Shown in pieces: positions 60,598 through 64,000 of a DNA stretch of 64,000 nucleotides. Under the pieces are notes generated by a model that had not been told where the DNA came from, ran no database searches, and saw only the letters and a list, made by a program, of their open reading frames with translations. This stretch comes from Candidatus Eiseniibacteriota bacterium (GTDB lineage: Bacteria > Eisenbacteria > RBG-16-71-46 > JACRLI01): the NCBI GenBank assembly GCA_025351485.1, contig JANXVU010000089.1, positions 6,513 through 70,512 on the forward strand, written 5' to 3'. A program made the position numbers and the translations under genes. Each line of letters opens with the position of its first letter. Position 1 is the stretch's first letter.

Positions 60598-61650
60598 ATG
60601 ACAAATGCCCGCCGTTCCGCCGCCCGCTCCCTTCGACTGCTCCTGCCTGCCGCCCTGGCCACCTTGGCGGCCACCTTCGCACTTGCCCTCGCCGGATGCG
60701 GCAGCAGCTCGACCATTCAGCTCGTGTACGGTTTTGTGAATTCCTTCCACGGCCGCGGCCACGAGGCCGACAGCCTGGACCTGCCGACCACCGTGCTGCC
60801 GCTGATGCGGGACGATATCCTGGTCCGCGAAGTGTGGGTGGGAGAGGCGGGCAAGGGCCGCGTGTCGCGGTTCGACTTCCAGGGCGACTTCATCAAGTCC
60901 TTCAGCCTCCAGGGGCCGTCACCGTCGCCTCGAGGCATGACGCTGGGTCGGGACTTGCTCATCTACATCGCGATCGACGATCCGAACCAGCCCGGAAACC
61001 CGGGTCGCATCGCGGCAACGGACACCTCCGGCGCCGTCCTGCGCAGCATTCCACTCGATCCGAAATTCGAGCCCCGGGGCATCGCGGCCACCCAGGGGCT
61101 GCTGTTCGTGACCGAAGTCCATCGCGAGGCCTCCCACGGAGGCGGCCAGGTGGAAGTGTTCAGCGAGACCGGTAACCGCCTGGGAGTGTTCGGGCGGGGA
61201 GGATCGGACTCCCTGGTCTCTCCGCTCGGGATCGCGGCACGGGATTCCTCGATCTGGGTGTGCGACCCGGAGGCCCAGAAGATTCGCGAGTATCGTCCCG
61301 ACGGCCGGCTGGTTTCCACGTTCGGCTCGCCCGGCCTGGCCGGGGAGAAAGGCAAGTGGAACCATCCCCGCAACGTGGCCGTCACCGACGACCGGCACCT
61401 GCTGGTGGTGGACCAGGGGAATTCGAGGGTGCAGGAATACACCGCGGGGGGAGTCTACGTGACGCAGTTCGGGGCGGCCCAGGTGGGCAATCCCGCCACT
61501 TTCGGCATCGACGCCATCGGCGCCGGAGGGTCCAGCATCTACGGTGAATTTCTGTATGTGAGCGAGATCCAATCCAATCGGATCTACGTGGTGCTACGGC
61601 AGTACATCCGCGGCTCGGCCAAGGCGCGGCTCCTGAGTCCCGCTCCCTAG
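60598..61650 (+). CDS. NHL-repeat β-propeller lipoprotein
   Basis: Lipobox (LALAGCGSS). Repeated NHL-like units (…PRGIAAT…LFVTE…, …PLGIAARDSSIWVCD…, …PRNVAVTDDRHLLVVDQGNSRVQEY…). Confidence 0.6.
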   Translation: MTNARRSAARSLRLLLPAALATLAATFALALAGCGSSSTIQLVYGFVNSFHGRGHEADSLDLPTTVLPLMRDDILVREVWVGEAGKGRVSRFDFQGDFIKSFSLQGPSPSPRGMTLGRDLLIYIAIDDPNQPGNPGRIAATDTSGAVLRSIPLDPKFEPRGIAATQGLLFVTEVHREASHGGGQVEVFSETGNRLGVFGRGGSDSLVSPLGIAARDSSIWVCDPEAQKIREYRPDGRLVSTFGSPGLAGEKGKWNHPRNVAVTDDRHLLVVDQGNSRVQEYTAGGVYVTQFGAAQVGNPATFGIDAIGAGGSSIYGEFLYVSEIQSNRIYVVLRQYIRGSAKARLLSPAP

Positions 61651-62318
61651 CGGCCCGGGGCCGTGGCGGCCGCTCCCGCGGGCGCCGGCGTTCCGAAGTG
61701 CCGGGTCAGGGCCCGGCTCACAGCCACCGCGATCCTGCCCGCCTGCGGGTCGCGGTTTCCATCCGGGCGAACCATGATCCGAACCTCGGGAACATCCATT
61801 TGCCCGTGCTCGCGCGCGCCGGAGGTGCCCGGCGGGTGGAGCGTCGCGCGCAGGTCCAGCGCCAGTTCCGCGCTCAGGCAGGCGGCCGCGCGCGCCGCGG
61901 AGCTGTCTCCCAGGGAGCTGCTCACCAGGGGCGCAACCGCCGGAGCGTTCGAGGGTTCCAGGCACAGCATCAGGTCGGCCGGCGGGGCGTCGGGCGCGCG
62001 GAAAGCCTCCGGGGATTCCACGGACGCGCCGGACTCTTCCAGTACGCTCTTCAGCCACACGCCCAGGCTGGGCCCAGCCTGTCCCGGGGCGTAGGGCAGC
62101 TGCGAAGCGAGGACGATGCGGCGCCCCTTCAGCGCGCCGGCCGGGATGCGCGGCAGCGCGGAGAACGCGGGGGTGGCCGGCGCGGGGCGCTGGGGCGCCC
62201 AGGTGAAGGCCCAGCCCAGCGCGCCTCCGAGCAGCAGCCACACGAAGGCGGCCTGGGCTCGGCGGAGCGGCGAATTGCGGCGGCGCTCCAGCAGATGTCG
62301 GCGTGCGTAGGGGTTCAT
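61647..62318 (-). CDS. Hypothetical membrane-anchored protein
   Basis: Internal ATG, followed by one N-terminal TM/signal-anchor (AAFVWLLLGGALGWAF). No domain recognised. Confidence 0.35.
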   Translation of the reverse strand: MNPYARRHLLERRRNSPLRRAQAAFVWLLLGGALGWAFTWAPQRPAPATPAFSALPRIPAGALKGRRIVLASQLPYAPGQAGPSLGVWLKSVLEESGASVESPEAFRAPDAPPADLMLCLEPSNAPAVAPLVSSSLGDSSAARAAACLSAELALDLRATLHPPGTSGAREHGQMDVPEVRIMVRPDGNRDPQAGRIAVAVSRALTRHFGTPAPAGAAATAPGR

Positions 62319-62325
62319 GGCAGGT

Positions 62326-63891
62326 TCAGGCAGCCTCTCGCGGTTCTTCCAGCAAACGGAAACGCCGCAGCTTCTCGTTGAGGGATGCGGCCTCGGTTCC
62401 AAGCGTGCGCGATGCGTCCGCGGCCCAGCCGGCGGACATCGCCGTGTTCTGCGCGATCACCGCGATGTTCTCGATCTTGCTCGCGATCTCGCGGGTGGTG
62501 TCCGCCTGCTCCTGGCTGGCCCGGGCGATCGTCTCGATCTGGCCTTCCACGCCGTTGCTCAGGCGACTGATGTCTTCCAGGCTCTCGCACGCCTCGCGCG
62601 CCAGCGCATGGCGGGAGGACTCGGCAGCCTCGCGCCCCGATTCCATGGCCGTGATCACCTCGGAGGTGCCGTGCTGCACCGCGGCCACCCGTTCCCCGAT
62701 CTCCTTGGTGGCCTGGCGCGTGCGCTCGGCCAGCTTGCGAACCTCGTCGGCGACCACCGCGAAACCCCGGCCCTGGTCGCCTGCGCGCGCCGCCTCGATG
62801 GCCGCGTTCAGGGCCAGCAGGTTGGTCTGGTCGGCGATTTCCTCGATGACGTCCACCACCGCGCCGATCCGGTCGGAGTGGGATCCCAGGTCGATCAGGA
62901 TCACCGACATCCGCGCCACCGCGTCGGCGCTGCGGCTCATGATTTCCGAAGCGTTGCGCACCACCTCCAGCCCCATGCTGGCGGCCTCGCGCGACTCGCG
63001 CGACATTTCCAGGGTCTCCTGGAGCCGGCGCGAGGTCTCCTGGGCGGTGCGGGCCATCTGTTCCACCGAGGCGGAAACGTCCGCGCTGGCCTCCGCCTGC
63101 GCGTGCGCGCCGTCGCCCATGATGCCGCAACTGTTGGCGATTTCCTGCACCGCCGCCCGCACGTCCGAGCCTGCGCGGCCCACCTCGGCCAGGGCCGAGG
63201 AGACGTCGCGGGCCATGGTGTTGATCGCGGTGGAGAGCAGATAGGTTTCCCGGCTGGTGGTCGCGTGGCTCCGCCCGGTGAAGTCGCCCTGGGCCATCTT
63301 CGTGAGGCGGCCCACGACATCCTCCACCGGCCGGCTCATGAAGCGCCCGAGCACCAGTGCGGCCAGCATGCCCATGGCGAGCAGCAGCAGGGAGGCCAGG
63401 GCGGTCAGGCGCCGGTATTCCGAAACAGTGACCTCCGCCTGCCGGGTGGACAGGGCCACCACGATCGATCCGGCGGGCGCGCCCTGGTACACGATGGGCT
63501 GGCTGGCGCGGACCTCCCCATGGCCTTGGCGCAGTGCCGGCGGAGAAGCGGTGGCGGGTCGAGTCATCGGGACGTCCGCGGGAACGCGGCCCACGCTGGC
63601 GATCTGGATCCCGTGCGAATCGAAGAGCTGCGCGAACACCAGGTCCCGCTGGCTTTCCAGGCCGTGCAGCGCCTGCAATCCCGCCTCGGCATCGCACCGC
63701 GCGCTGACCGGGCCGATGCACGCGGCGATGGCATCTGCGAGCGCGCTGGCGCGTGCCTCGAGCGCGGCCTCGGCCGGTTGTCCGAGCTTCTCAGGGAGCA
63801 GCGCGGTGGCGAGCACGGCAAACGTGACCAGCACCGCGACCGTGCACACCAGGAACTGCACGCGCAGAGGCATCCGGCGCAGCCCGGCCAT
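62326..63891 (-). CDS. Methyl-accepting chemotaxis protein (two TM helices, periplasmic sensor, HAMP, MCP signalling domain)
   Basis: Highly conserved MCP signalling hairpin (…[40 protein letters not shown]…) and a HAMP-like region after TM2. The start could be the ATG at 63891 or upstream. Confidence 0.8.
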   Translation of the reverse strand: MAGLRRMPLRVQFLVCTVAVLVTFAVLATALLPEKLGQPAEAALEARASALADAIAACIGPVSARCDAEAGLQALHGLESQRDLVFAQLFDSHGIQIASVGRVPADVPMTRPATASPPALRQGHGEVRASQPIVYQGAPAGSIVVALSTRQAEVTVSEYRRLTALASLLLLAMGMLAALVLGRFMSRPVEDVVGRLTKMAQGDFTGRSHATTSRETYLLSTAINTMARDVSSALAEVGRAGSDVRAAVQEIANSCGIMGDGAHAQAEASADVSASVEQMARTAQETSRRLQETLEMSRESREAASMGLEVVRNASEIMSRSADAVARMSVILIDLGSHSDRIGAVVDVIEEIADQTNLLALNAAIEAARAGDQGRGFAVVADEVRKLAERTRQATKEIGERVAAVQHGTSEVITAMESGREAAESSRHALAREACESLEDISRLSNGVEGQIETIARASQEQADTTREIASKIENIAVIAQNTAMSAGWAADASRTLGTEAASLNEKLRRFRLLEEPREAA

Positions 63892-64000
63892 GGGCGGGGA
63901 TTCGTGCCGGAATTCCGGGCGCGGCCCGGCGCCATGATGTTGGGCATCATGGGCGGGCCGGCCGGCGTCCTGCAATCTGGGACGTGCGTTTCGGATTGGG

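Noticed and set aside
62303-63937. Plus-strand ORFs 62303-63244 and 63257-63937 opposite the MCP gene
   Set aside because: Antisense, Ser/Ala/Arg-rich. The MCP signalling domain on the minus strand is unmistakable.
1-64000. CRISPR arrays, IS elements or integrases
   Set aside because: No direct-repeat/spacer arrays, terminal inverted repeats or transposase/integrase-like ORFs seen. The T6SS-like region shows no obvious mobile-element boundaries.

Overview
This 64 kb window is about 70% GC and appears to come from a bacterial chromosome. Genes pack tightly, often overlapping by 1-4 nt (ATGA/GTGA), and many use GTG/TTG starts. Calls below come from reading the translated ORFs; I saw no rRNA, tRNA or CRISPR array. 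Five blocks stand out, plus flanking genes:

(1) 1-16.7 kb: a Wzx/Wzy-type exopolysaccharide/O-antigen-like locus. It holds a wecB 3' fragment, a SAM methyltransferase, two tandem paralogous secreted proteins, wza, a wzz-like PCP, a Wzy/O-antigen-ligase-like polymerase, a wzx flippase, a GT2, two GT4s, an unusual AsnB-amidotransferase::GT4 fusion and an NAD-dependent epimerase/dehydratase. A WecA-like priming transferase sits further on at 25.3 kb.

(2) 17-25 kb: a large Ser/Thr-kinase-AAA-TPR signalling protein, secreted hypotheticals, a PaaI thioesterase and an S9 peptidase.

(3) 26.4-29.5 kb: the conserved KH-rimM-trmD-rplS-rnhB-yraN housekeeping operon.

(4) 32.7-56.6 kb: a compact, divergent type VI secretion-like contractile system, the main find. 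A ClpB/ClpV-like AAA+ ATPase is co-operonic with a pseudokinase-FGE protein. Next come a C39-like small protein, LysM/peptidoglycan-binding paralogs, a metzincin-like candidate effector with two HEAT-repeat paralogs, and a PAAR protein with a DUF1795/Eag-like chaperone. The structural genes follow in the order tssB-tssC-hcp-hcp-vgrG-(PDZ::tssE)-tssF-tssG-tssK-(tssL-like)-(P-loop GTPase membrane protein). No TssA, TssJ or canonical TssM is recognisable. The GTPase protein and the LysM/PG-binding proteins may substitute for the membrane complex.

(5) 56.6-64 kb: an hppD-hmgA tyrosine-catabolism pair, a third LysM/PG-binding paralog, an NHL-repeat lipoprotein and a methyl-accepting chemotaxis protein.

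Two AT-rich islands (about 3.36-3.56 kb and 22.5-22.8 kb) carry promoter-like elements and an inverted repeat.
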